From positions 1-64,000 of the IMG/VR virus record IMGVR_UViG_3300023174_000141: a stretch of DNA of 64,000 nucleotides, one strand, 5' to 3'. Below the pieces are notes generated by a model. That model worked only from the letters and a program-made list of their open reading frames with translations. It was not told where the DNA came from and did not search any database. Of the stretch, positions 17,760 to 25,749 are shown in pieces (position 1 is the first letter of the stretch; each line of letters begins with the position of its first letter). This DNA is from a virus. The translations under genes were made by a program, and so were the position numbers.

Positions 17760-18110
17760 CTAGACGTTGCGGTCTAAACCCCCGTCGGCGTTAGCTTATT
17801 CGTAAACCCTTGATCTTTAACGTGTAACGCCGCGCCATGCTACGATCCGCACGGGGCGCGCATCTCTACAGCGTTACCCGTTACGCGACCTGGGTGTAGG
17901 GTTACCCGGAAGCTCTTAAAGATCTAGATCGGGGAGATCGATCTAGGCTCATTAGTAGACCTGATCAGGACATGTAACGGGTAACGATTTGATCTATGGA
18001 TCTGTAAGCCCATAGGATCGTTCGGGGATCCCGTTATAAGGGGGGGCCTAACTGCAACCGAGTTGCATTTAGGGCTAGGCCCCCCGGCCGGAGTTGCAAC
18101 TCGGGCCCCC
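17760..18110. other. Lower-GC, GATC- and palindrome-rich non-coding locus (candidate replication origin)
   Basis: 11 GATC in 17812-18030; 13-bp inverted repeat at 17872-17884/17974-17986; further palindromes at 18041-18102. Confidence 0.55.
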
Positions 18111-18120
18111 GTCCCCCGGG

Positions 18121-19188
18121 CTAGGCGCGAGCCGCGGACCGGGACCGGCGGGCCTCATTCATGCGGGCCAGCGCTTCGACCGCGCGGCAGCGGGCCGCGG
18201 CGCTACGGTTCGCGTGGCCGTGGGACATAATCACGACGGGCCCGCGGGGGTCCGGGTGGACGGTCCACGTTTCGGCACGCTCGCGGGACGCGCCGTCGCA
18301 CAAGCCGCAGGTCGCGCACGTTGCATCGCTCGCGCGCTCGGTCGACGCGGGACAATGGGCGGAGGGCCCGGCGCCGGCAAGGGCTACCGCGTCGGCGACC
18401 GCGTCGGGGTTGCGCCCGTCGACGACCGTAAAGGGACGCCACCCCTGCGCGAGCGCGAGCCGCGCCTCCGCGGGGCTATGCGCGCTTGCCATCGCGAACG
18501 TGCGCCACGGGGCCGCGACCTGGGGCGCGTAGGCCCACGTCCGCGTGTAGCAGGTCCACACCGCGGGCCGCTCGCGCCCGTCGGGGTGGGCGACCCGAAC
18601 GCGGGGACCGCGATGGCCGCCGGTCGTATCGTGGCATGCGGCGTATAGGGCCGCGTGGATTTCCGCGGGGGCGGCGGCCGGGTCGCCCCACGAGCCGCCG
18701 CGCACGCCCGCAATGCGGCCCGCGGCAAGCTGGCGACGGACGTAGGCTTGCGCCTCCGCCAGCGTGGCGACGGGGTAGGCCCCCCTCCCGACGGCCGCGG
18801 CTACGTCGCCCGGCCCATTCAACACGTAGCACGGGTCCGGGGCCTCGAAGCCCGCAGCCTTCAACGCGGCGACGGTGCTAGGGCGGAGGGGGCAACCCCC
18901 GCACACCGCGGCGTCGCATCCCCCCGCGAGGGCGTCAAACCATGCGCGGGACGCGTCTCCCTGGCTCGTGCCCGCAGCCGGGATCATCGCGCGCGGGAGG
19001 ATGTACGTTTGAGCGAGCGGGAGGGGGCCGCCCGACGTCTTATCGTTACTCGACGTGCCCCGCAGGGACGTGAGCACGACGACAATAGGGGCGCCGTTGA
19101 TCAAGCTCGGGCCGTCATAGATGATCACGCCCTTCGGGACGGGCGGGAGGGAGGGGCGACGGGCGCGGGGGGAGGGCATGGGGTACAC
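18121..19188 (-). CDS. Cys-rich Gp88-like / divergent radical-SAM-like phage protein
   Basis: SNDKT..QTYIL, CDAAVCGGC, CYV, RGGSWGD, CYT, MASA, CPA..CATCGLC..HG. Confidence 0.7.
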   Translation of the reverse strand: MYPMPSPRARRPSLPPVPKGVIIYDGPSLINGAPIVVVLTSLRGTSSNDKTSGGPLPLAQTYILPRAMIPAAGTSQGDASRAWFDALAGGCDAAVCGGCPLRPSTVAALKAAGFEAPDPCYVLNGPGDVAAAVGRGAYPVATLAEAQAYVRRQLAAGRIAGVRGGSWGDPAAAPAEIHAALYAACHDTTGGHRGPRVRVAHPDGRERPAVWTCYTRTWAYAPQVAAPWRTFAMASAHSPAEARLALAQGWRPFTVVDGRNPDAVADAVALAGAGPSAHCPASTERASDATCATCGLCDGASRERAETWTVHPDPRGPVVIMSHGHANRSAAARCRAVEALARMNEARRSRSAARA

Positions 19189-19293
19189 CTTCGAGAAGGG
19201 CCCTAGGAACGCGCCTAGGGCAAATGGGGATGCGGGGTAGGGTAGGGTAGCGGGGCGCCTATCCGCGTGGCGCGGCGCCCCGTTTCCGCGCGA

Positions 19294-19614
19294 CTAACGG
19301 GCCATGCGGTACGCGGCGCGAGCCACGCGGAACGCGTGACGGCCGACGGCGCGCAGGGCGCGGGGCGCGTGCGCGTCCCACGCACGAACGGCGATCACAG
19401 CGAGCCCGAGCGCCGCGAAACCGCCAGCCATGGCGAGGAGGAACACGTCGACCGTCGCCATAACGGGCGCGCTAAACGCGACGCGCACGATATCGAAAGC
19501 GAGCGCGCTAAGCGTATCCGCGACGGGGGCCGCAGGTGCCGCGAGCTTCGCGCCAACGTATACGCCGACGAAGGGGAAGGAAACGAGCGCGGGGAAGAGG
19601 CGGGAGGTGTTCAC
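19294..19614 (-). CDS. Membrane protein
   Basis: Hydrophobic segments and a basic C-terminus; GTG at 19614. Confidence 0.5.
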   Translation of the reverse strand: MNTSRLFPALVSFPFVGVYVGAKLAAPAAPVADTLSALAFDIVRVAFSAPVMATVDVFLLAMAGGFAALGLAVIAVRAWDAHAPRALRAVGRHAFRVARAAYRMAR

Positions 19615-20268
19615 GTTGACCCTGTGTGCGCCGGGGGAGTGAGTGAGTGTTTCCCGGCGACACACTATACATACCATGGCGGTTGATACACGCAAGGGAA
19701 AAACGCACCGCCCCCAAAATAGATCTGGCCGCCTCCCAGGCCGACGCGCCCGCGCGCCTCCGAGCTTCACGTCCTCCGAGCTGTGAGCCCGGGGGACGGG
19801 CGCGCCCGCGGCGCGCACGGGACACGGGCCGCCCCCGGCAGGGTGCCGACGCGCCAACCCGCCCGCGGCGCCCGCCCGTCCGCGCCGGTCCCCCGCTCAC
19901 CCGTCGCCGCCGGTACGCCCGTCCGCCCGCAAGCTGGACCGCCCGACCGTCCGCCCTCCCGCCAGCCCGGCGCCGATCAACCCCCCGACGCGCCCGACCC
20001 CGACGCCGGTCGGCGCGCCCCCGCGGGGGAGGGTCGCGCAGGGGATCCCGACGACGCCAGCCGACGACGCCGAGCCGAAGCCCCGGAGTACCGGCGCCGC
20101 AACGCCGCCGAAAAGTTTTAGACACCCCCATTCCCGCTTTTGGTCATCAGGGGACCCATAGCCGAAAGCCCTTTCCGGGACCGCGCACAAAATCCGAAAC
20201 GCCATACCACTGCGGTTTAAGCTAGTCGTCTTGCCGCCACGGTGTTATACCAAACCGACGAGGACCCC

Positions 20269-21363
20269 ATGAACATCCAGGACCTGCCGCTCCCCCTACG
20301 CCTCCGCAACGCCCTCACCAAGGCGGGCTTCAAGACGGACGACGACCTTCGCGACTGGGTCGTCGAGGCCGACCAGACGAAGAACTTCACCGTCATGGGC
20401 GTCGGCGCCACCGGCGTCCGGCAGATCCTCGACTGGGCCGCCGGCGAGAAGACCGCGACGGCGGCCATCGAGCCGGCGGTCATCGAGCCGCGCACCTTCG
20501 GCGAGCTCGCCGACGGCTACGGCACGCTGGAAGAGGCGGTCGCCAAGTCCACCAAGCGCCACGAGGGCGCAACGACGGGGTCGCAGCGCCACGAAGTCGC
20601 CAAGATGGTCGACACGGCCATGCGCGGCGGCCTCGAGCAGCTCGACAGCCGTCGCTCGGACGAGGAAGCGACGCGGATCCACCGTCGTCAGTTTGACGCG
20701 GCCCTCGAGAAGGAGGTTTCGCGCGGCTTGGCGCTGGCGGGAACGGGCAGTTTCGGCGACATGGCCGCGATGTTCCATGCGACGGGCGGTTCGGTCGACG
20801 TCAGGTCGGGCAAGAACGCGCGGAAACTGCTGGCGCTTGACCTCGAGGCCGATATCCAAGCACGGATCGCCTCACTTATACCCACTATCAAGGCGCTCCC
20901 GCATGTCAAGGAGCTGGGCGTCGAAGTTTCGGCGGAAACGGTGGGTCGAATGGCGCTGATCCGGGGTCTCGACGCGCTGGATCGCGCTCACGGCGGCGGA
21001 AACGGCGCGAAAAAGGGCGAAAACCGCGCAGATCCGGCCGAAAATCGCGAAGATCCGCCCGTGATCGCGCCGCCGGAGGACGCGGACGTGCTCGACACGC
21101 CCGAGGGCTGGACGAAAGTGGGCCCGAACGAGTCGATTCCCATCCCCGAGGCGGTTCTCCACGACTACTACACGCAGAACGGGTGGAATCGGTACTGGGG
21201 ACGCGTCGACGACCAGGTGATCTACTTCTACTGGAGCCCCGAGAAGCGCCTCCAGGACCTCAAGCCCTTCCCCGGGACCGACAAGACGGGCCGGCGCATG
21301 GCGGAGCAGCAGACGCCGTGGGGTCCGGGGCACGTCGTCCCCACGAAGTGGACCAACAGCTAG
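20269..21363 (+). CDS. Protein with N-terminal RNA polymerase alpha-CTD-like (HhH) domain
   Basis: IQDLPLPLRLRNALTKAGFKT..DL...GVGATGVRQI; SD GAGGA. Confidence 0.7.
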   Translation: MNIQDLPLPLRLRNALTKAGFKTDDDLRDWVVEADQTKNFTVMGVGATGVRQILDWAAGEKTATAAIEPAVIEPRTFGELADGYGTLEEAVAKSTKRHEGATTGSQRHEVAKMVDTAMRGGLEQLDSRRSDEEATRIHRRQFDAALEKEVSRGLALAGTGSFGDMAAMFHATGGSVDVRSGKNARKLLALDLEADIQARIASLIPTIKALPHVKELGVEVSAETVGRMALIRGLDALDRAHGGGNGAKKGENRADPAENREDPPVIAPPEDADVLDTPEGWTKVGPNESIPIPEAVLHDYYTQNGWNRYWGRVDDQVIYFYWSPEKRLQDLKPFPGTDKTGRRMAEQQTPWGPGHVVPTKWTNS

Positions 21364-21372
21364 ACGAAGAAA

Positions 21373-21402
21373 GCCCCGGAGAACCTTTCGGCGCTCCGGG
21401 GC
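21373..21402. terminator. Hairpin terminator between convergent genes
   Basis: GCCCCGGAG...CTCCGGGGC with upstream AAGAAA. Confidence 0.75.
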
Positions 21403-21419
21403 CCCGGCCTGTCAGATGA

Positions 21420-21923
21420 TCAGTCGGCCTTGGCGAGCTGAAGGTAGATGCGGAACGGGGCCACGTTCGCCGCCGTCGCCTTGAGCACCGTGATGGTGAG
21501 GCTCTCGGGGTCGGTCGCGAACGGGTTGATGGTCTCCGCCGCAGGGTCGTGCGTCGCGATGGCGCGGGGGGTCTTGTCGGTGTTCACCGCAGCCGCGGTC
21601 GGCTGGATGGCCGTCGCGCCGGCGCTGGGGGCCGACTTGCCGACCGTGATGGTGACGTTGCCCGCCGTCGTCGCCGTGGGGACGATGATCGTGTCGGGGA
21701 GCACGCGCACCTTGTAGGGAAGCGTGATCGTGTGGACGGTGCTCGCCACGCTCGCGTTGTCGGGGATGCTCAGCACGAAGCTGACGTCCGCCGACGCGTT
21801 GCTGGCGTCGAGCGCCGAGTTGGTGCCGACGACGAGCGACTGCACCGACTGACCGGTGAAGTGCTGAGGGATGACCTCGCCGTAGCGAATGAACTTCCGA
21901 GTGATCCAGCCGTATGCCGCCAT
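21420..21923 (-). CDS. Beta-rich hypothetical protein, possibly a virion/decoration protein
   Basis: SD AGGAGG; Thr/Ala/Val-rich. Confidence 0.7.
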   Translation of the reverse strand: MAAYGWITRKFIRYGEVIPQHFTGQSVQSLVVGTNSALDASNASADVSFVLSIPDNASVASTVHTITLPYKVRVLPDTIIVPTATTAGNVTITVGKSAPSAGATAIQPTAAAVNTDKTPRAIATHDPAAETINPFATDPESLTITVLKATAANVAPFRIYLQLAKAD

Positions 21924-22002
21924 GACCTACCTCCTAGTGTCCGACCCGAGCGGTATTGCTCGTGGCTCATGGCAGTGGTACTCTACCGCAAACGGAGTCC
22001 CC

Positions 22003-22395
22003 ATGCACGGCAGCATCCTCGTTCTCGCCAAGAAGAAGGCCGCCGGGCCGGGTGGCTACTTCGACCCGATGGAGGGCGCCGCGCCGATGGCGATGGGTCC
22101 CATGGTCTTCCAGGTCTCCGAGGAGTCCGAGACCGAGGAGCCCGAGGAGAAGGGCGAGTACGACGTGAAGACCGCCGACAAGGCGAAGGGCTCCCCGTCG
22201 ATGGACCTGAAGTCCATCATCGCCGACCTCAAGGCCACCGCGATGAAGCTCGACCAGATCGCCATGGGCGGTGAGCTCGGCGCCGAGGACGAGCCCTCCG
22301 AGGAGGAGCCGATGGCCGAGGAGGCCCAGGCCCCGGCCCCCAAGGCGAAGAAGTCCGTCCCCGCCTTCCTCAAGAAGACGGAGATGAAGTACTGA
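22003..22395 (+). CDS. Acidic low-complexity hypothetical protein
   Basis: SD GGAG; TGATG overlap with the next gene. Confidence 0.7.
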   Translation: MHGSILVLAKKKAAGPGGYFDPMEGAAPMAMGPMVFQVSEESETEEPEEKGEYDVKTADKAKGSPSMDLKSIIADLKATAMKLDQIAMGGELGAEDEPSEEEPMAEEAQAPAPKAKKSVPAFLKKTEMKY

Positions 22396-23147
22396 TGGGT
22401 GCGACCGACCCCGAGGTGGCGAAGCGCAACGCGCAGGCGGAGGAGAGGATCAAGAACCTCACCCTGCCGGCGTTGCGGCCGGAGAGCACCAAGGCGCTCG
22501 ACGACAACCTCAAGCGCACCGAGGGTCGGTACGACCTCATCAAGACGGTGGCGACCCGCCACGGCGTCGACCCCGACGAGCTCTACGCGAAGTACGTCAT
22601 CGAGACGCGTGGCGAGGCGGACCCGGAGAACCCCAAGGTGTCGGGCGCTGGAGCCGCCGGCCCGTTCCAGCTCATGCCGAACACGCGCAAGGCGTTCGAG
22701 CAGGCGGACATCACCGACCCGTTCGAGCGCGATGCGGACGCCGCGGCGCGGCTCATGGCCGACATCCAGCAGCGCAACGACCTCTCGCCCGACGCGCTGT
22801 CTGTCGCCTACAACCTGGGAGAGGGGAGCCTGCGCAAGTACGGCGGCGACGCGACGTCCAGCCTGCCCGGCGAGACGACGAACTACCTCGCGTACTCGCG
22901 CTACCTTCGACCGCAGCTCCGCAAGCAGACCATGGACACGGAGCTCGCGCAGGCGGCCTCGACGGTCCAGGCACCGAAGTACCGGGAAACCGGCTTCCTC
23001 GAGGACGCAGGTCGCATTCTCGCGCGCACGGTGGGTTACAAGTCCAGCGAGACCGACGACGCCATCGCAGACTACGACCGCAAGGTCGCCGCGGCCAAGG
23101 CCGCCAAGCAGGCCGAGCTCGACCAGCGCTACAAGGAGACCCGATGA
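22395..23147 (+). CDS. Lytic transglycosylase (SLT domain) protein
   Basis: HGVDP..IET, SGAGAAGPFQLMPNT, AYNLGEG, ETTNY. Confidence 0.9.
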   Translation: MGATDPEVAKRNAQAEERIKNLTLPALRPESTKALDDNLKRTEGRYDLIKTVATRHGVDPDELYAKYVIETRGEADPENPKVSGAGAAGPFQLMPNTRKAFEQADITDPFERDADAAARLMADIQQRNDLSPDALSVAYNLGEGSLRKYGGDATSSLPGETTNYLAYSRYLRPQLRKQTMDTELAQAASTVQAPKYRETGFLEDAGRILARTVGYKSSETDDAIADYDRKVAAAKAAKQAELDQRYKETR

Positions 23148-23317
23148 TGTACCGCAGCGGCTACTACAGCCACCTCGACGCCATGAAGAAGAAGGCGATG
23201 CAGGACGACGCTGAGGCCAAGGGGGAGAAGCTCCCTCCGGGCTTCAAGGTCTTCGATCCTTCGAAGCTCACGCCGAAGCCGGTGGTCAAGGTCGCCGTGA
23301 AGATCGGCAAGCAGTAG
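23147..23317 (+). CDS. 56-aa Lys-rich protein
   Basis: SD AAGGAG; MYRSGYYSHLDAMKKK...KIGKQ. Confidence 0.6.
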   Translation: MYRSGYYSHLDAMKKKAMQDDAEAKGEKLPPGFKVFDPSKLTPKPVVKVAVKIGKQ

Positions 23318-23340
23318 GGCAGGACTTGAGCACCTGACCA

Positions 23341-23432
23341 GACCGCGGAGACGCGGTCGGCGCCCCGGAAGTCACGACTCCGGGGCGTTTCACGTCAAAG
23401 GAAACTGCCGGGAGAGTCACCCCTCCCGGCAG
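23341..23432. terminator. Three tandem GC hairpins, probable convergent terminators
   Basis: Stems at 23341-23358, 23361-23387 (followed by TTT) and 23405-23432 (preceded by AAA). Confidence 0.7.
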
Positions 23433-23562
23433 CCACCACACCAGCACTGAGAACAGAGGACACGCCGCGGTTGAACGCTTGCCGACCCGTTGACTCTACA
23501 AGCGCACGACCCCGACATGGGTGGTGTATCGCCAGACCGCTACTTGGTCAAGGCGAATCCGT

Positions 23563-24423
23563 CTACTTGTAGAACTTCGACTCGTCGGCCTGGGCGGCCC
23601 GGCGCATCGAGTCCATGATGTCCTTGTAGGAGCGGTTGTCGGTCTGCGCGGTCGACGCCGCACGGCTCGGCCCCATGTTCATGAGGTTCATCGCCTCGGG
23701 GACGGGCTCGGGCTCCGGGGGAGGAGGCGCGCCGTAGGCCGCGCGCACCATCTTCACCGCCGTCTCGGGGTCGGTGCCGAAGGTGACCAGGGCGCAGAAG
23801 TTGCCGAACGCTTCGTCGTGCTCGTAGACGTCCGACGCCTCGCTCTTCAGCCAGTCCTCCACCTCGGTGACCGCGGCCTCGATCTGCTGCTCTTCGGCCT
23901 GCTTCGCCTGGTACTCGAACGCCTCGAGCCGCTGACGCAGCTCGTCGCGCTCGCGCTCCGCGGTGCCGTACTTGCCGGTCCACTCATCCGCCGCCTTGCG
24001 GACGGACTGGTCGTACTCGTCACGAAGCGTCTGAAGCGCCGCGTCGTGCGCGGCCTTCAGTCGCTCGATCTCCGCCTGCTTCTCCGCCATCGGGTCGGCG
24101 TCGCCGGTGAGCCAGCGCTGGATGCGCTGCTCCTCTTCGCGAAGCTTCGACTCGCGACGGTCGAGCTCGCGCCGACGCTGCGCCGTCTCCTGGTACGACT
24201 TCGTGTAGCCGCGCTCGAAGTTGCGGTACTTCTGCTCGAACCCACGCGTGATGGTGTTGCGCATGGGCTCGTCGACGCGGTTGAACCAGTCGGCCTTCGT
24301 GAGTGAGTCGAGCTCACCGTTCCAGTCGAACAGACTCGGGGGAGCCTCCTCGGCTGGCTCGGACGAAGGCTGGACCTCGGTCTCCTGCGTCTCTGCCTGG
24401 ACGTTCTCGCTCTCTTCTGCCAC
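23563..24423 (-). CDS. Capsid scaffolding protein (putative)
   Basis: Acidic N-terminus, RGYTKSYQE motif and long coiled coil, downstream of the portal gene. Confidence 0.7.
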   Translation of the reverse strand: MAEESENVQAETQETEVQPSSEPAEEAPPSLFDWNGELDSLTKADWFNRVDEPMRNTITRGFEQKYRNFERGYTKSYQETAQRRRELDRRESKLREEEQRIQRWLTGDADPMAEKQAEIERLKAAHDAALQTLRDEYDQSVRKAADEWTGKYGTAERERDELRQRLEAFEYQAKQAEEQQIEAAVTEVEDWLKSEASDVYEHDEAFGNFCALVTFGTDPETAVKMVRAAYGAPPPPEPEPVPEAMNLMNMGPSRAASTAQTDNRSYKDIMDSMRRAAQADESKFYK

Positions 24424-24441
24424 GTTGGCCTCCTTGGTGGT

Positions 24442-24957
24442 CTACTTCGTGCCGCCCGCGGGGGTCGGCTCCATCGGCGGAGGCCCGGCCGGAGGAGCGG
24501 ACATGCTCCCCTCGGACATGGACTTCCGCATCTTCATGTCCTCGCCGGCGCCGATGTTCTTCTCGACCTGCATGCGGAGGTTCATGTCGGTAGCGAGCAT
24601 CTGCCCGATCTGCTCGGGGCTCATGTCGGCGAACTTCGGCATCGCCATCGCGGCGTCAAGGAGCTGCTGCGCCTTGTCCATCGAGACGTCGAGCATGTCG
24701 GCGATGACCGCCGCACCGCCGCCGGCAGCCGGCTCGGTCCCGCCGGTGGAGGGCGTCGCGCCGCTCTCGCCCATCATCGGGCCGCCAGCCTTCTGCTCGC
24801 CAGGTGCGCCCGCGCCAGCAGGCCCCATCTCGCTCATGCCGGCCTCGTCCATGATCGCCTGGATCTCGTCGAAGACGGGCTTGGCGTCGCGGCGGGGGAT
24901 GAACTTGCCGTCGGGCGTGGGAGCGGCCATACCGCCCTGCTTCATGTTCTCGGCCAT
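24442..24957 (-). CDS. Met/Gly/Pro-rich hypothetical protein (head module)
   Basis: SD AGGAGG. Confidence 0.7.
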   Translation of the reverse strand: MAENMKQGGMAAPTPDGKFIPRRDAKPVFDEIQAIMDEAGMSEMGPAGAGAPGEQKAGGPMMGESGATPSTGGTEPAAGGGAAVIADMLDVSMDKAQQLLDAAMAMPKFADMSPEQIGQMLATDMNLRMQVEKNIGAGEDMKMRKSMSEGSMSAPPAGPPPMEPTPAGGTK

Positions 24958-25018
24958 GCGGACCTCCTAACGTGGTTGAGTGAAACCGGAAGGGTAGAGA
25001 GAGGACTGCGCCGGTTCG

Positions 25019-25258
25019 CTAGTCTTCCTGAGTCGGCTGCGCATCCTCGAAGCCCGGCGACGCCGGCACCATCTCGAACGCGATGCGGTAGTCCCCGCCC
25101 GCCATGAGCATGTACTTGTTCGGCACTCGGCGCCGCTCACCGGTTGCCCGGTTCTCGAGGACGATCATGTCGTAGCCGGGCATCTCGCCGACGTGGCGGA
25201 TGGAGCGGCTGTGCTTGCGCGCCGCGTACTGAGCGGCCTTTATGTCGATGGGCTTCAT
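25019..25258 (-). CDS. Hypothetical protein
   Basis: SD GGAG; ATGA overlap. Confidence 0.7.
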   Translation of the reverse strand: MKPIDIKAAQYAARKHSRSIRHVGEMPGYDMIVLENRATGERRRVPNKYMLMAGGDYRIAFEMVPASPGFEDAQPTQED

Positions 25259-25734
25259 GCGGTGGCTCCAGCCTTCTGCGGCTTCGGGGGAGGCAGGTTC
25301 TTGCTTTCGGCCACGCGGTGGGCCTCGGCCTTCTTCGCGCTCGCCTCGGCGCGCAGCTCGTCGGTCGCCTTGCCGGCGATGCCCATCTTGCTGTGGCGCT
25401 CGTGGCGGGCGTGGCGCATGGCGTCCAGCCGCGTCTGCTTCTGAGTCTTGCTCTCACTCTCGAGCTCGATGCGGTGGCCCGGGAAGCGCTTCTCGATGAC
25501 GCCCTTCATCCGGTCGAAGTCCTCCTTCGTCTCGGCCTTCCCGAGCACGCCCATGTCGATGGGCGTGAAGCTTCCATGGCCCTGACCGTGGACCGCGGGC
25601 GCGAGGCCGTGGCTCCAGTCGACGCGCCGAAGCGCGCCGCAGTCGGGGCAGGCGGGGAACCCCTCCGACATGCGGTAGTAGACGTTCTCGGTGGTGACCT
25701 CGCAGACTGGGCACCTCAGATCTTGCAGCGGCAT
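25255..25734 (-). CDS. FmdB-like zinc-ribbon protein
   Basis: MPLQDLRCPVC...CPDCG, directly after the portal gene. Confidence 0.8.
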   Translation of the reverse strand: MPLQDLRCPVCEVTTENVYYRMSEGFPACPDCGALRRVDWSHGLAPAVHGQGHGSFTPIDMGVLGKAETKEDFDRMKGVIEKRFPGHRIELESESKTQKQTRLDAMRHARHERHSKMGIAGKATDELRAEASAKKAEAHRVAESKNLPPPKPQKAGATA

Positions 25735-25749
25735 GGTGGTCTCTCCTGG

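Noticed and set aside
19647-20225. ORFs across the GC-rich tract
   Set aside because: Arg/Pro-rich products reflect the lack of stop codons in extreme-GC DNA; no SD or codon periodicity.
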